Below, in pieces: positions 1 to 9,383 of a stretch of DNA of 64,000 nt (the stretch's first letter is position 1; every line of letters begins with the position of its first letter). The stretch comes from Bacteroidales bacterium. GTDB taxonomy: Bacteria; Bacteroidota; Bacteroidia; Bacteroidales; VadinHA17. The translations under genes and the position numbers were made by a program. Where the stretch lies: contig DATKTA010000008.1 of NCBI GenBank assembly GCA_035531395.1, forward strand, positions 13,767 to 77,766. Direction: 5' to 3'. Below the pieces are notes generated by a model. That model was not told the DNA's origin. It worked only from the letters and a program-made list of their open reading frames with translations, and ran no database searches.

Positions 1-93
1 TGATACTGCAGTTATAATAAATCTTAACTTTTTCATTTTTATCTTAATTAATTATTGTTAATAATAAAAGGTTATAATTATTTGAATTACATC

Positions 94-279
94 TTATTCA
101 TATCGTAACACTGCAACTGGATTCCTGGTTGCTGTCCTCCAGCTTTGTGAGCTGATAGTTATTACTGCAATCAGAATTATGGATCCGAGTCCGATTTCCA
201 GACCCAGAATGCTGATGGATGATTGAACTTTGTTGCGATTAAGGTTTCTTAATGCAATTTTAAAGTCTGTAGCAATCAT
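94..279 (-). pseudogene. In-frame internal-deletion remnant of an FtsX/MacB-type permease paralog (N-terminal ~34 aa fused to C-terminal ~27 aa)
   Basis: The 61-aa ORF MIATDFKIALRN..GLGSIIL/IAVITIS.QSW.TATRNPV..LRYE matches the first and last residues of the 793-aa permease at 5444..7825. About 730 codons are missing. The junction lies at CAGAATT (172..178), a heptamer found at both corresponding points of the intact paralog. Confidence 0.75.
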
Positions 280-303
280 AATTCTGAGTTTTTATTATTA
301 ATT

Positions 304-318
304 ACTATAAATATGCCA
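304..318 (-). promoter_or_regulatory. Candidate sigma-54 -24/-12-like element (TGGCAT-N5-TAGT on the minus strand), copy 1
   Basis: The reverse complement reads TGGCATATTTATAGT. The GG at -24 is present, but the -12 element is TAGT rather than TTGC. The motif is conserved in both promoter copies, and a sigma-54-dependent activator is encoded nearby. Confidence 0.25.
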
Positions 319-371
319 TAATTGTATGTAGTTAATATAGAGGCCTATAGTGTCCGTTTACTAAAATGAGT

Positions 372-409
372 GTAAATGTATTTTACGAGGAAACGTAAAA
401 ATATTTTAC
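372..409. promoter_or_regulatory. Tandem palindromes GTAAA-N5-TTTAC x2 with an 8-bp spacer; candidate activator binding site (UAS), copy 1
   Basis: The sequence is gtaaatgtattttac gaggaaac gtaaaaatattttac. Both 15-mers are identical to those at 7919..7956, while the spacer differs. Confidence 0.45.
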
Positions 410-469
410 AGATAATTTATGGTTTTAGGAGTCAATTTAATATAACCAGGGATGATCAAGCTCATCGGG

Positions 470-2071
470 TTACAGCACATTCCTGGTCTGCCTTTTTCTT
501 GCTAAAAATGCAATTATAACAAAGACAAATGTGATCACCATAAGGTAATGGGCAATCCCTAGTTCTCTGGATCCTTTGATAGCACCGATGAAATCAAATA
601 AGGGGACACTGTTCAGGATGCCATAAACTATAATTGTAAAAATCACTTCAAACAATTTACTGCCCCCGGTTAATATTCCTGAAGCAATGGCAAAGGCTGG
701 AATGAACAAGGCGCCCGTAGCGATAGCATAAACACCATAAAGGTTACCAGTAAGAAACACCCTCACTGTCACAGGAACAGCCAATGTGATCATTAAAAGT
801 ACAGCTGCAACCATGGTTGCTGAAAGTTGACGACGAAGTGGTAATGCAACCGAAAAGATATACTCTTGACACCGATTATTAACTTCTCTGGATCCAAGTT
901 TGGAGAGGATCAGAACCTGGAAGAACCAGAGCAGGGGGAGAGCAATTTTATGCGCAAAATCCAATGAGGTAAATATTGAAACTATGAATAGTACAGAAGT
1001 GATAAGCATCCATAAAGTAGCATTTCCTTTGAGTATCAGTCTTAGTTCAGCTGCGACAAGGCTAAAATAATTGAATTCTGCTTTTGCGACAGGAAGGTCA
1101 CTATATCTGATTTTTGAAGAGGTGCTATAGTCATTGGGAATGACAGGATTCATTTTTGAAATCCATGAATTTACAGACTCACTTATTTTAATCCTGGAAG
1201 TATCAAACCTGTTGAACCTTAATGAAGCAAGCAGTACCAATCCAAAAGCAGCCCCCATCCATAATACTCTGCTCAATATCAATGGTACTGTAAAGTTCAT
1301 GCCTTCCCAAGTAAAAACCTTATAAACAGCATGCGGATTACCCACGCCAATACCCACACCATAACCTCCGCTCCAGTCCGAACAAAGCTCTGAGATTGAT
1401 TGTTTCAATTCATTCATACCGGCATTGATGCCAAATATATCTATTGGATGCGAAAACATAATGCTGGAAATCATTATAATCCAAAGGAAAAAATAGATGA
1501 TATTCGCCAATCCTTTGTTCATGTTGGTAATTGAATCAAAAAACAAAGCCAGGGCTGAAATAATAAACATTCCCGGAACCAGGAAGATAAAAAGTGGCAG
1601 AAGCAGTTTCCCAGGTTCAAGATGGCTGGTCTCACCCCGAATATAAAACATTATAATGGTCATAATTGCAATCAGGAATGTAATCAACAGGAGTACAGTG
1701 AAATTGCTTATAAACTTTCCGGTTAGGTATTGAAGACCTGAAATACGTGTTGTGGCTATTATCTGTCCTACTCCTGTTTCGATATCTCTTTTAACTGAAT
1801 AATTTACCACATAAAAGTTGACAAGTGCGAAAAATGGAATACACATAGCCACCATTCCGCCAATCCATGCTGAATTGTAAAATCCTCTGTAATTCCCGAG
1901 GAAAATTATTCTGTAACCCGCACCAATGGGAGGTACAAAGGAATAGATCATAAAGATGCACAGCCCAAGTGCGATCAGGAAATAGTAGCTTCGTACCCTT
2001 TCAAGGAAATCGGCTTTTGCAATATGATAAATACTGCTAATGGTATAGTTAGTCTTCATGACTTCCTCCAT
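470..2071 (-). CDS. Polytopic membrane protein, probable ABC-2-type permease partner of the adjacent ATPase
   Basis: The 533-aa protein is highly hydrophobic with many predicted TM segments. Its start overlaps the stop of the upstream ABC ATPase gene by 11-23 nt. An alternative start is MKTNY at 2059. Confidence 0.6.
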   Translation of the reverse strand: MEEVMKTNYTISSIYHIAKADFLERVRSYYFLIALGLCIFMIYSFVPPIGAGYRIIFLGNYRGFYNSAWIGGMVAMCIPFFALVNFYVVNYSVKRDIETGVGQIIATTRISGLQYLTGKFISNFTVLLLITFLIAIMTIIMFYIRGETSHLEPGKLLLPLFIFLVPGMFIISALALFFDSITNMNKGLANIIYFFLWIIMISSIMFSHPIDIFGINAGMNELKQSISELCSDWSGGYGVGIGVGNPHAVYKVFTWEGMNFTVPLILSRVLWMGAAFGLVLLASLRFNRFDTSRIKISESVNSWISKMNPVIPNDYSTSSKIRYSDLPVAKAEFNYFSLVAAELRLILKGNATLWMLITSVLFIVSIFTSLDFAHKIALPLLWFFQVLILSKLGSREVNNRCQEYIFSVALPLRRQLSATMVAAVLLMITLAVPVTVRVFLTGNLYGVYAIATGALFIPAFAIASGILTGGSKLFEVIFTIIVYGILNSVPLFDFIGAIKGSRELGIAHYLMVITFVFVIIAFLARKRQTRNVL

Positions 2072-2948
2072 TTTTTGCCGATGCTATTATACGCAGGTAC
2101 GCATCTTCAATAGTCCCTTTCGAAGGCTGAACCTGAATATCAGGCAATGAATCCCCGGAGTTTAACACAAATCGAACCAGCCATCCTCCATTCTTTCTCA
2201 TAGAATTACTTACAGTATATTTTGTCCTGAAACTGTCGAATTCATCAATAGTGAGTGTCGTCTCATAAACCTGTTTCTCCACAGTTTTTAATAATGCATC
2301 CGGGGATTGGTGTTCCAACACCCTTCCCTGATATACAATAGCAATATCATTCGCGATGGTTTCAATATCGGATACAATATGGGAAGAGAGTATTACGATC
2401 CTCTCACCTGACAGGTCAGTAAGCATGTTGCGGAAGCGTACGCGCTCCTCAGGATCTAGTCCGACTGTTGGTTCGTCAAGGATAAGAAGCCTTGGATCAC
2501 CGATAAGTACCTGGGCGATACCTATCCGTTGTTTCATACCACCGGAGTAGGTCCCTATTGGACTGTTCCTGACTGAGATAAGATTAAGCTCCTCAAGCAG
2601 CCCTTCAATTCTGATTCTGACAGACCTTCCTGTAAAACCTTTTATAGCAGCGATGTATTGGAGAAACTCAATTGCTGTGAGATTCGGATAGACACCAAAA
2701 TCCTGCGGCAGGTAACCGAGCACCTTTCTTACAGTATCAGGGAACTTCACAATATCTATACCATTGAGACTTACGTGCCCTTCAGAAGGTTGAGAGATAG
2801 TTGCCAGAATGCGCATCAGAGTCGATTTGCCGGCTCCATTGGGCCCGATGAGCCCTAATATCCCGTTATTAAGTTCCAGGTTAAAATTTTTCAATCCGAA
2901 CTTGTTACCCTTATATTTTTTTGAAAGCTCTTTTACCGATATCTCCAT
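2049..2948 (-). CDS. ABC transporter ATP-binding protein (ABC-2/DrrA-like subfamily)
   Basis: It carries Walker A GPNGAGKST, ABC signature SGGMKQR and Walker B LLILDEPT. The 299-aa length includes a C-terminal extension typical of ABC-2 exporters. Confidence 0.9.
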   Translation of the reverse strand: MEISVKELSKKYKGNKFGLKNFNLELNNGILGLIGPNGAGKSTLMRILATISQPSEGHVSLNGIDIVKFPDTVRKVLGYLPQDFGVYPNLTAIEFLQYIAAIKGFTGRSVRIRIEGLLEELNLISVRNSPIGTYSGGMKQRIGIAQVLIGDPRLLILDEPTVGLDPEERVRFRNMLTDLSGERIVILSSHIVSDIETIANDIAIVYQGRVLEHQSPDALLKTVEKQVYETTLTIDEFDSFRTKYTVSNSMRKNGGWLVRFVLNSGDSLPDIQVQPSKGTIEDAYLRIIASAKNGGSHED

Positions 2949-2994
2949 TTTACTTTAATTTGTTCAGATAATATTGACTTGCAACCCATCAGTC

Positions 2995-5382
2995 TTACTC
3001 ATGTTTAAGTACATCAACCGGATTTGAGTTTGCAGCTTTCATTGTCTGAGACAGGATAGTCAAAATTCCGAGCATAAAGACAATTGCAATCCCTGAGAGG
3101 ATAGTCCCTGCACCGAATGTGACATGGAATGCAAGAAATTTTAGCCAGGTTGTGTTTAGTAAATATGCTATAGGAGCAGCAATTAATGCTGCAATTGTCA
3201 GCATGATAACGAAAGTACGGGCAATATGAAGTGCAACACTACCCGACTGTGATCCAAATACTTTTCTGACTCCTACCTCTCTCAACCGTGTCTGTATGCT
3301 ATAGCTGGCCATCCCAAACAGACCAAGACATGCTACTATTATGGCCAGAATTGTGGTAAATCCAACCGTATATAAAACATCACTGAATATATTATAGAAA
3401 TCCTTTATACTATACTCAAGAAATGAACCCTGCAGATCATGATAAGGATCAATGGATTTCCAGGCACTTTTAAACCTGGATATTGTAGCTTCTTTGTCAC
3501 TGGTATTTATCCTTAGAACTGCAATATTGTGCTGTGCAGGATTCATTCTTAAGATTAACGGTTTAATCTGACTGAATGCCATAGATTTGTAATCTTCAAC
3601 AACTCCGATGATCTTGACTGGCAGGGTGTCATAAATAAATATGTCCTGTCCTACTGCTTCCTGAAGAGATTTATATTTAAAATATTCAACTGCTTTTCGG
3701 TTTATGATTACCAGATTTGTATTTATATCAGGATCCTTTGGAAAATCTTCTCCGGCAATGAGCTTTATTCCCATTGTACTCAGATAATATGGATCAACCG
3801 AAAAATAGGCAGCATTGTATGATTCATCTTCAGGTTTAGCTTTAATATTAGTTGGCCACATGTTTCCAATTCCCGGAATATGAGACCCGGCTGAAACTGA
3901 GGTTACCTCAGGAAACTGACTGTATAGATCTTTTACTTTTGAGAACTTCTGACCATTAAGGGTGATGTTATAAACCACCTCTTTGTCAAATCCAAGATCT
4001 GTGGTCAGCATGTAGTTCATTTGTCTGTAAATAAGGATTATTGAAATAATGAAAATTATTGAGAACGTATACTGTGTTACAAGCAGTATTTTTCTGAAAG
4101 TAAATCTTTTCAGGAACCTGATGTCTGAAGATGCTTTAAAAACCTTTACAGGATTAATTGACGCAACATAGAATGCAGGAATTATTCCGGCAAGCAATCC
4201 GGTTATTAATGCAAATACGAAATATGCACCATAACTGGTTATATTCTGAATAGGATCAATTTTTAAAATAGTCATAAGCTTCATGCCTGAAAAAGCAGGT
4301 AAAAGCAACTGAAGGATCATATCAGCAAAGAAAAGTGAGATCAGTGAAAGAACAACTGCTTCAGTAACAATCTGGAATATCAGCTGGCTTGTTGATGCTC
4401 CGAATGACTTTCGGATACCGTATTCTTTTGCCCTGGTAAGAGAACGTGCTATTGACAGACTGGTATAATTGAAAGCAGCCGAAAGCATTATAACGATGGC
4501 TAATCCAACAAAGAAAATCACAAAAGGTTTCGGAAGAAACTGGCCGATCTCATTTGCGAGCAGAGGGCCAGGGACTATATCGTTTAGGGGAGTGCTGTAA
4601 AAAGAGAGCTTAACTTTTTCATTATCATAGTACTTCAGCTTGCTGATCTTTGCCAACGCAGTGTCGAGATCACTTTGCCTGGCATTTTTATCGAGTAATA
4701 CGTAAACATAATTCTGGTAATAATCATTCCAGTTATCTGTAATTGCAGACATCTTCTTTTCTTTCTCAAGAGATGAAATGGTTGAAGATGAAACCAGGGC
4801 CTCAAACTGTAAATGAGATTTTAACTTAGTTTCAGGGAGAATAGCGGTAACTTTCAGGTTCCCGAAATTCTCGAAAACTAAAGTTTTTCCTATGGGATCA
4901 CTTTCGCTAAAGAACTTTTTAGCAACATCTTCGGTCAAGACTATTGATGAGGGCTCAGTGAGAGGATTTGGTGCAGAGCTGTTTTTAAGTTTAAAGTCAA
5001 ATAGATCAAAAAATGAAGGAGTAACAAAATAACCTTGAACCATAAATCTTTTTTCCTCACTTTTACCTTCCCCGTTAAAACGGGTATGAACTGCAACGCT
5101 TTCCTCGACGATAGGATAATTGTCTTTCAGTTCCTTTGCAATAGGCCAGGTTGTTGATGCATATTTATTAAATGCAATCTTACTCAGATTGCTCCTGGAT
5201 TGAATCCTGTAAATACGGTCACGTTTCTTATGGAAATTATCATACGAAAACTGATCCTGAAGTATCAATATAATCAGCATACAAACTGCCATGCTCACTG
5301 ACAGCCCGAAAATATTTATAATAGAAAAGCTTCTGTGCTTAATCAGACTTCTGAATGCTGTGAGAAGGTAATTTTTTATCAT
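2995..5382 (-). CDS. FtsX/MacB-like ABC transporter permease (duplicated FtsX architecture, ~800 aa)
   Basis: The N-terminus reads MIKNYLLTAFRSLIKHRSFSIINIFGLSV. The C-terminus ends ...AANSNPVDVLKHE. Large extracytoplasmic segments sit between TM clusters. Confidence 0.85.
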   Translation of the reverse strand: MIKNYLLTAFRSLIKHRSFSIINIFGLSVSMAVCMLIILILQDQFSYDNFHKKRDRIYRIQSRSNLSKIAFNKYASTTWPIAKELKDNYPIVEESVAVHTRFNGEGKSEEKRFMVQGYFVTPSFFDLFDFKLKNSSAPNPLTEPSSIVLTEDVAKKFFSESDPIGKTLVFENFGNLKVTAILPETKLKSHLQFEALVSSSTISSLEKEKKMSAITDNWNDYYQNYVYVLLDKNARQSDLDTALAKISKLKYYDNEKVKLSFYSTPLNDIVPGPLLANEIGQFLPKPFVIFFVGLAIVIMLSAAFNYTSLSIARSLTRAKEYGIRKSFGASTSQLIFQIVTEAVVLSLISLFFADMILQLLLPAFSGMKLMTILKIDPIQNITSYGAYFVFALITGLLAGIIPAFYVASINPVKVFKASSDIRFLKRFTFRKILLVTQYTFSIIFIISIILIYRQMNYMLTTDLGFDKEVVYNITLNGQKFSKVKDLYSQFPEVTSVSAGSHIPGIGNMWPTNIKAKPEDESYNAAYFSVDPYYLSTMGIKLIAGEDFPKDPDINTNLVIINRKAVEYFKYKSLQEAVGQDIFIYDTLPVKIIGVVEDYKSMAFSQIKPLILRMNPAQHNIAVLRINTSDKEATISRFKSAWKSIDPYHDLQGSFLEYSIKDFYNIFSDVLYTVGFTTILAIIVACLGLFGMASYSIQTRLREVGVRKVFGSQSGSVALHIARTFVIMLTIAALIAAPIAYLLNTTWLKFLAFHVTFGAGTILSGIAIVFMLGILTILSQTMKAANSNPVDVLKHE

Positions 5383-5443
5383 GGTAGTATGTTTTTTCCA
5401 AATGATTAAGAATCAAAATTGATAAGACTGATATTTGATGAAT

Positions 5444-7825
5444 TTATTCGTACCGGAGCGCCTCCACCGGATTCCTGGTTGCTGTTTTCCAACTTTGCAG
5501 GCTTATTGTAATCACTGCAATCAGAATTGCAGAAAAACCTGCAACAGCAAAAATCCACCAGCTTAATTCTGTTTTATAAGCGAAACGGTTTTGCCACTGT
5601 AACATAAGATAATATGAAGCTGGAATTCCAATAAACAATGATACTAATACCCACTTTACAAAATTTTTATTAAGCAAGAACATTATCTCAGTAATCGAAG
5701 CTCCGTTTACTTTTCTGAGTCCAATTTCTTTGGTTTTTCTTAAAATACTTATCAAGGCTATCCCGAAAAGACCCATAATTGCAAGGACAGTTGCCAGAAT
5801 AGAGAAAGCTCCTGTTATTTTGGCCTGATTCCTCTCTGCTGAGTAGAATTCCTTCATATTGTCGGTAATAGAGTCTACATCTAATATTTCGTCAGGATCA
5901 ATCTGTGAGAATATTTCCCGGAGTTTGTCCTTTACTATTTTATCATTTGTCCCATCTGTTTTTATTGCCACTAGTCCCATTTTTTCAGGATTTTGCTGAA
6001 GGATTACCATGGGTTGAATTAAGTTATGAAGTGAATGAGAATGGAAATCTTTCACAATACCTTTTACATAGAATGAGTTAAGGTAATTATCCCCGACTTT
6101 AATATTATATTCTTTAGCGCTCGATTCATTAAAGAGCACCTCTATCCTGGCGGTTTGGTAAGGACCGAATGATGAACCTTCAATTACCTCTATATTAAGC
6201 ATCTCTGTCATACCTTCGCCCATGATCAATCCGTCAAATCTTATTTTCTCTCCTTCATTATTCTGAAGTGTTACCGGCAGAGTATAATTCAGAGGAGGTA
6301 TGAATGATCCGCCCGAAACTTTAAGTACCCCGGGAACTCTCTCCATCTCATTACATATCGTTGAAAATCCGGCCTGTAATTTGGGAGAGTTAAGATAACT
6401 TACAAGTATATTCTTTGGGTTTATCCCTTTGGTATTTGTAAGTGAATATCTGATTTGTTTTGTAACGCTTAAAACACTTACAACCAGTATTATATATATA
6501 CTGAAATGAAAAACAAGGAAGGAATAGTTCCACCTTTTAGACAGTGCTTTTTCTGTAGTTTTTCCAGATAGTAACAAAAGAGAAGGGGTCTTTGAAATTT
6601 TGTAGCCAATAAGGAGCCCGGATATTGTTCCTGTAAAAATTACTATCGAAAAGAGCATTATCCACACCAGAGGATTGGAAAAAACTTCATTGCTTAAAGT
6701 CTTATTCAGGGTTGAATTGATTAATGACATACCCGAATCGATAACAAAAGATGCAGGAATCAGACTAAGGATTGTTATTAGATTAGATTCGAGCATTATT
6801 TGTCTGCGAAGATTTTTTGGCAATGCTCCAAGTACTTTCCTGGTTCCTAACTCACGAAACCTGTCGGAGGTTGATGCCCTGGTAAGAAAAATATAATTTA
6901 TAACTGAAATTAAGAGGATAAGGAAGGAGATAGACCAGTAGTACTTGAGCTCATTTGAATTTCCAATCTTTACAGCTGGATTACCCCCACCTGTTAGTCC
7001 TGCTGAATTTAAGTAAATTTCGTTTACCGGTTGCAGGCTATACTTCCACTCCTTAAGATTTTGGTCGCTTAAGAGGTCATTGTATTTTCCCATTTTTGAT
7101 GCCAGCACCTGCTTGTCAGTATTCTTGTCAAGTACAACATATGAATAAAGAACAGGTAAATTCCAATTCAGAGCTGTATTGGTAATTCCATCTCCAAACT
7201 GTCCTAACTGAGCCTTGAAATTGACAAACATTTTTTCAGAAAGTTTGATGTTTGCAATAAATTCAGGAAAAAGTGTTGAATTTGACGGGAACTCCTTATA
7301 AATACCTGTAACAGTAAGACTTAAAAGATCTGTAGGATTAAGCTTTACAAACAAAACATCTCCAATAGGAGAAGTTTTACCAAATACTCTTAAAGCTGTT
7401 TTCTCAGAAATTGTAACTTCATTCACTGAATTTGCAGGCAAACCAGCAATAAGCTTAACCCCCATGATTCTATAAACAGAGGTATCGGAAAACGAAAACC
7501 TGCGTTCCCAGGCCATTTCGTTTTTGACTTTTCCTACCCCAACATTAAAAGCCTGGTAGAATCTGAAATAGTCTTTCACTTCAGGAAAATCTTTTTTCAT
7601 CTCCTCCGCCAGCGGGAATGGAGTAGTATATGTCTGTCCGAATAATATCCTGGCAACATTGGAATATCCGGGAATAAACTTATCAAAGGAAGTCTCATGA
7701 ATTATTAACGTCATCAACAGAATTATTGATCCGAGTCCTATCCCTAAACCCAGGATACTGATTGCTGACTGCACTTTATTATGCAGAATATTTCTTAGAG
7801 CTATTTTGAAATCTGTTGCTATCAT
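5444..7825 (-). CDS. FtsX/MacB-like ABC transporter permease, paralog of 2995..5382
   Basis: It has the same architecture: N-terminal MIATDFKIALRNILHNKVQSAISILGLGIG and C-terminal TATRNPVEALRYE. Confidence 0.85.
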   Translation of the reverse strand: MIATDFKIALRNILHNKVQSAISILGLGIGLGSIILLMTLIIHETSFDKFIPGYSNVARILFGQTYTTPFPLAEEMKKDFPEVKDYFRFYQAFNVGVGKVKNEMAWERRFSFSDTSVYRIMGVKLIAGLPANSVNEVTISEKTALRVFGKTSPIGDVLFVKLNPTDLLSLTVTGIYKEFPSNSTLFPEFIANIKLSEKMFVNFKAQLGQFGDGITNTALNWNLPVLYSYVVLDKNTDKQVLASKMGKYNDLLSDQNLKEWKYSLQPVNEIYLNSAGLTGGGNPAVKIGNSNELKYYWSISFLILLISVINYIFLTRASTSDRFRELGTRKVLGALPKNLRRQIMLESNLITILSLIPASFVIDSGMSLINSTLNKTLSNEVFSNPLVWIMLFSIVIFTGTISGLLIGYKISKTPSLLLLSGKTTEKALSKRWNYSFLVFHFSIYIILVVSVLSVTKQIRYSLTNTKGINPKNILVSYLNSPKLQAGFSTICNEMERVPGVLKVSGGSFIPPLNYTLPVTLQNNEGEKIRFDGLIMGEGMTEMLNIEVIEGSSFGPYQTARIEVLFNESSAKEYNIKVGDNYLNSFYVKGIVKDFHSHSLHNLIQPMVILQQNPEKMGLVAIKTDGTNDKIVKDKLREIFSQIDPDEILDVDSITDNMKEFYSAERNQAKITGAFSILATVLAIMGLFGIALISILRKTKEIGLRKVNGASITEIMFLLNKNFVKWVLVSLFIGIPASYYLMLQWQNRFAYKTELSWWIFAVAGFSAILIAVITISLQSWKTATRNPVEALRYE

Positions 7826-7850
7826 AATTCTAAGGTTTTAATTATAAATT

Positions 7851-7865
7851 ACTATAATTATGCCA
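7851..7865 (-). promoter_or_regulatory. Candidate sigma-54 -24/-12-like element (TGGCAT-N5-TAGT), copy 2
   Basis: The reverse complement reads TGGCATAATTATAGT, ending 25 nt upstream of the ATG at 7825. The -12 element is non-consensus. Confidence 0.25.
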
Positions 7866-7918
7866 TATTTGTATTTAGCTAATATTCAGTAGAATAAAAT
7901 ATTTCGTTTATAATAGGT

Positions 7919-7956
7919 GTAAATGTATTTTACGAAATAGCGTAAAAATATTTTAC
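7919..7956. promoter_or_regulatory. Tandem palindromes GTAAA-N5-TTTAC x2 with an 8-bp spacer; candidate UAS in the divergent permease/regulator intergenic region
   Basis: The sequence is gtaaatgtattttac gaaatagc gtaaaaatattttac. The sites are 23 bp apart centre to centre. They lie about 55-95 bp upstream of the TGGCAT motif and about 60-95 bp upstream of the regulator ATG at 8013. Confidence 0.45.
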
Positions 7957-8012
7957 GGTCTATTGGAATTGACTCAGACTTCCTGTACTTTTATCATACT
8001 TAATTATTCCAT

Positions 8013-9383
8013 ATGCAAACCAGTAAAGGCAATATTCTTGTAATTGACGACAGCAAAAGCATCCTGAGTACTCTGGAGATTTTACTGATGCCGGAATTCA
8101 ATCATGTCACTCTACTTTCTAATCCAAACAATATTCTTAATGAACTAACTAAGAAAGATTATAACCTGGTGATACTTGATATGAATTTCGGTGCAGGTGT
8201 AAATACCGGTAATGAAGGCTTATACTGGCTTGACAGGATAAAGGCGGCTTACCCCGATATAAGTGTGGTCATGATAACTGCCTACGGGGATATTGATCTT
8301 GCAGTTAAAGCATTGAAGAAAGGAGCCTCTGATTTTATTCTAAAACCATGGGACAATGAGAAGCTGCTTTCAACCATTAAACTTGCTATTCAACTTAATT
8401 TTACCAGAAAGGAGGTTCAGGTTCTTAAAGAGAGAGAGACCGGTCTGAAAAAAGTGATAAATCAGGACCAGAAATTCATTATTGGTTCATCTCCTCAGCT
8501 TCTGAAAGTTCTGAACCTGACCAGGAAAGTTGCAAAGACCGATGCCAACGTTCTTATCACCGGCGAGAATGGTACCGGCAAAGAGCTTATAGCCCAGGAA
8601 ATTCACAGGTTATCAGGAAGAGCTAAAGAAGTACTTGTAACTGTGGATATGGGAGCAATAACAGAGACTCTTTTTGAAAGTGAATTGTTCGGGCATGTAA
8701 AGGGCTCCTTCACTGATGCCCGTGAAAATCGCCAGGGAAAATTTGAAATAGCAGATAAGGGCACACTGTTTCTTGATGAGATAGGAAATCTCTCCTTCCT
8801 CCTGCAAGCAAAACTGCTTTCAGCAATTCAGAACCGTCAGATTACCCGGATTGGTTCAAACCAGCCAATTAATACTGACATAAGACTGATCTGTGCAACA
8901 AACAGGAACCTGGAAGACATGGTAAATGAAGGCTTATTCCGGGAAGATCTTCTTTACCGTATCAACACAATTCAGATCGAAATGCCTCCTTTGAGAGAAC
9001 GTGGCAATGACATAATTATCCTTGCTGAATTTTTCCTTAAGAAATATACATACAGATACAATAAGCCGGAACTTAAGATTAACCAGCAAGCCCTGGATAA
9101 GCTTCTTAGATACTCATGGCCGGGAAATATTCGTGAACTGCAGCACACAATTGAGAAATCAGTAATATTAAGTGAAACTTCCATCATAAAGCCTGAGGAT
9201 TTGCACTTGAGGCAATCAAACCACATCGTGACAAACAACTCCTTTGCAACTCTTGAAGAGATGGAAAAACAGATGATTCAACAGGCTCTGGAGCAGAACA
9301 ATGGTAACTTCACTGCCGCAGCTGACCAGCTTGGAATAACCCGGCAGACTCTTTACAACAGAATAAAAAAATCAACCCGATGA
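8013..9383 (+). CDS. Sigma-54-dependent response regulator (NtrC family: REC + AAA+ + Fis-type HTH)
   Basis: The receiver domain shows ILVIDD..LVILDMNF. Walker A is GENGTGKE. The motif ESELFGHVKGSFTDA is a GAFTGA-loop variant. The C-terminal HTH reads AADQLGITRQTLYNRIKK. Confidence 0.9.
   Translation: MQTSKGNILVIDDSKSILSTLEILLMPEFNHVTLLSNPNNILNELTKKDYNLVILDMNFGAGVNTGNEGLYWLDRIKAAYPDISVVMITAYGDIDLAVKALKKGASDFILKPWDNEKLLSTIKLAIQLNFTRKEVQVLKERETGLKKVINQDQKFIIGSSPQLLKVLNLTRKVAKTDANVLITGENGTGKELIAQEIHRLSGRAKEVLVTVDMGAITETLFESELFGHVKGSFTDARENRQGKFEIADKGTLFLDEIGNLSFLLQAKLLSAIQNRQITRIGSNQPINTDIRLICATNRNLEDMVNEGLFREDLLYRINTIQIEMPPLRERGNDIIILAEFFLKKYTYRYNKPELKINQQALDKLLRYSWPGNIRELQHTIEKSVILSETSIIKPEDLHLRQSNHIVTNNSFATLEEMEKQMIQQALEQNNGNFTAAADQLGITRQTLYNRIKKSTR

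Larger units (their letters stand above)
280..411 (-). repeat. Second, diverged copy of the permease upstream region (paralogous to 7826..7958)
   Basis: Aligned by eye. Shared blocks are aattct..attactataa.tatgccata.ttgtat.tag.taatat ... tgtaaatgtattttacga.....cgtaaaaatattttac. Confidence 0.8.
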
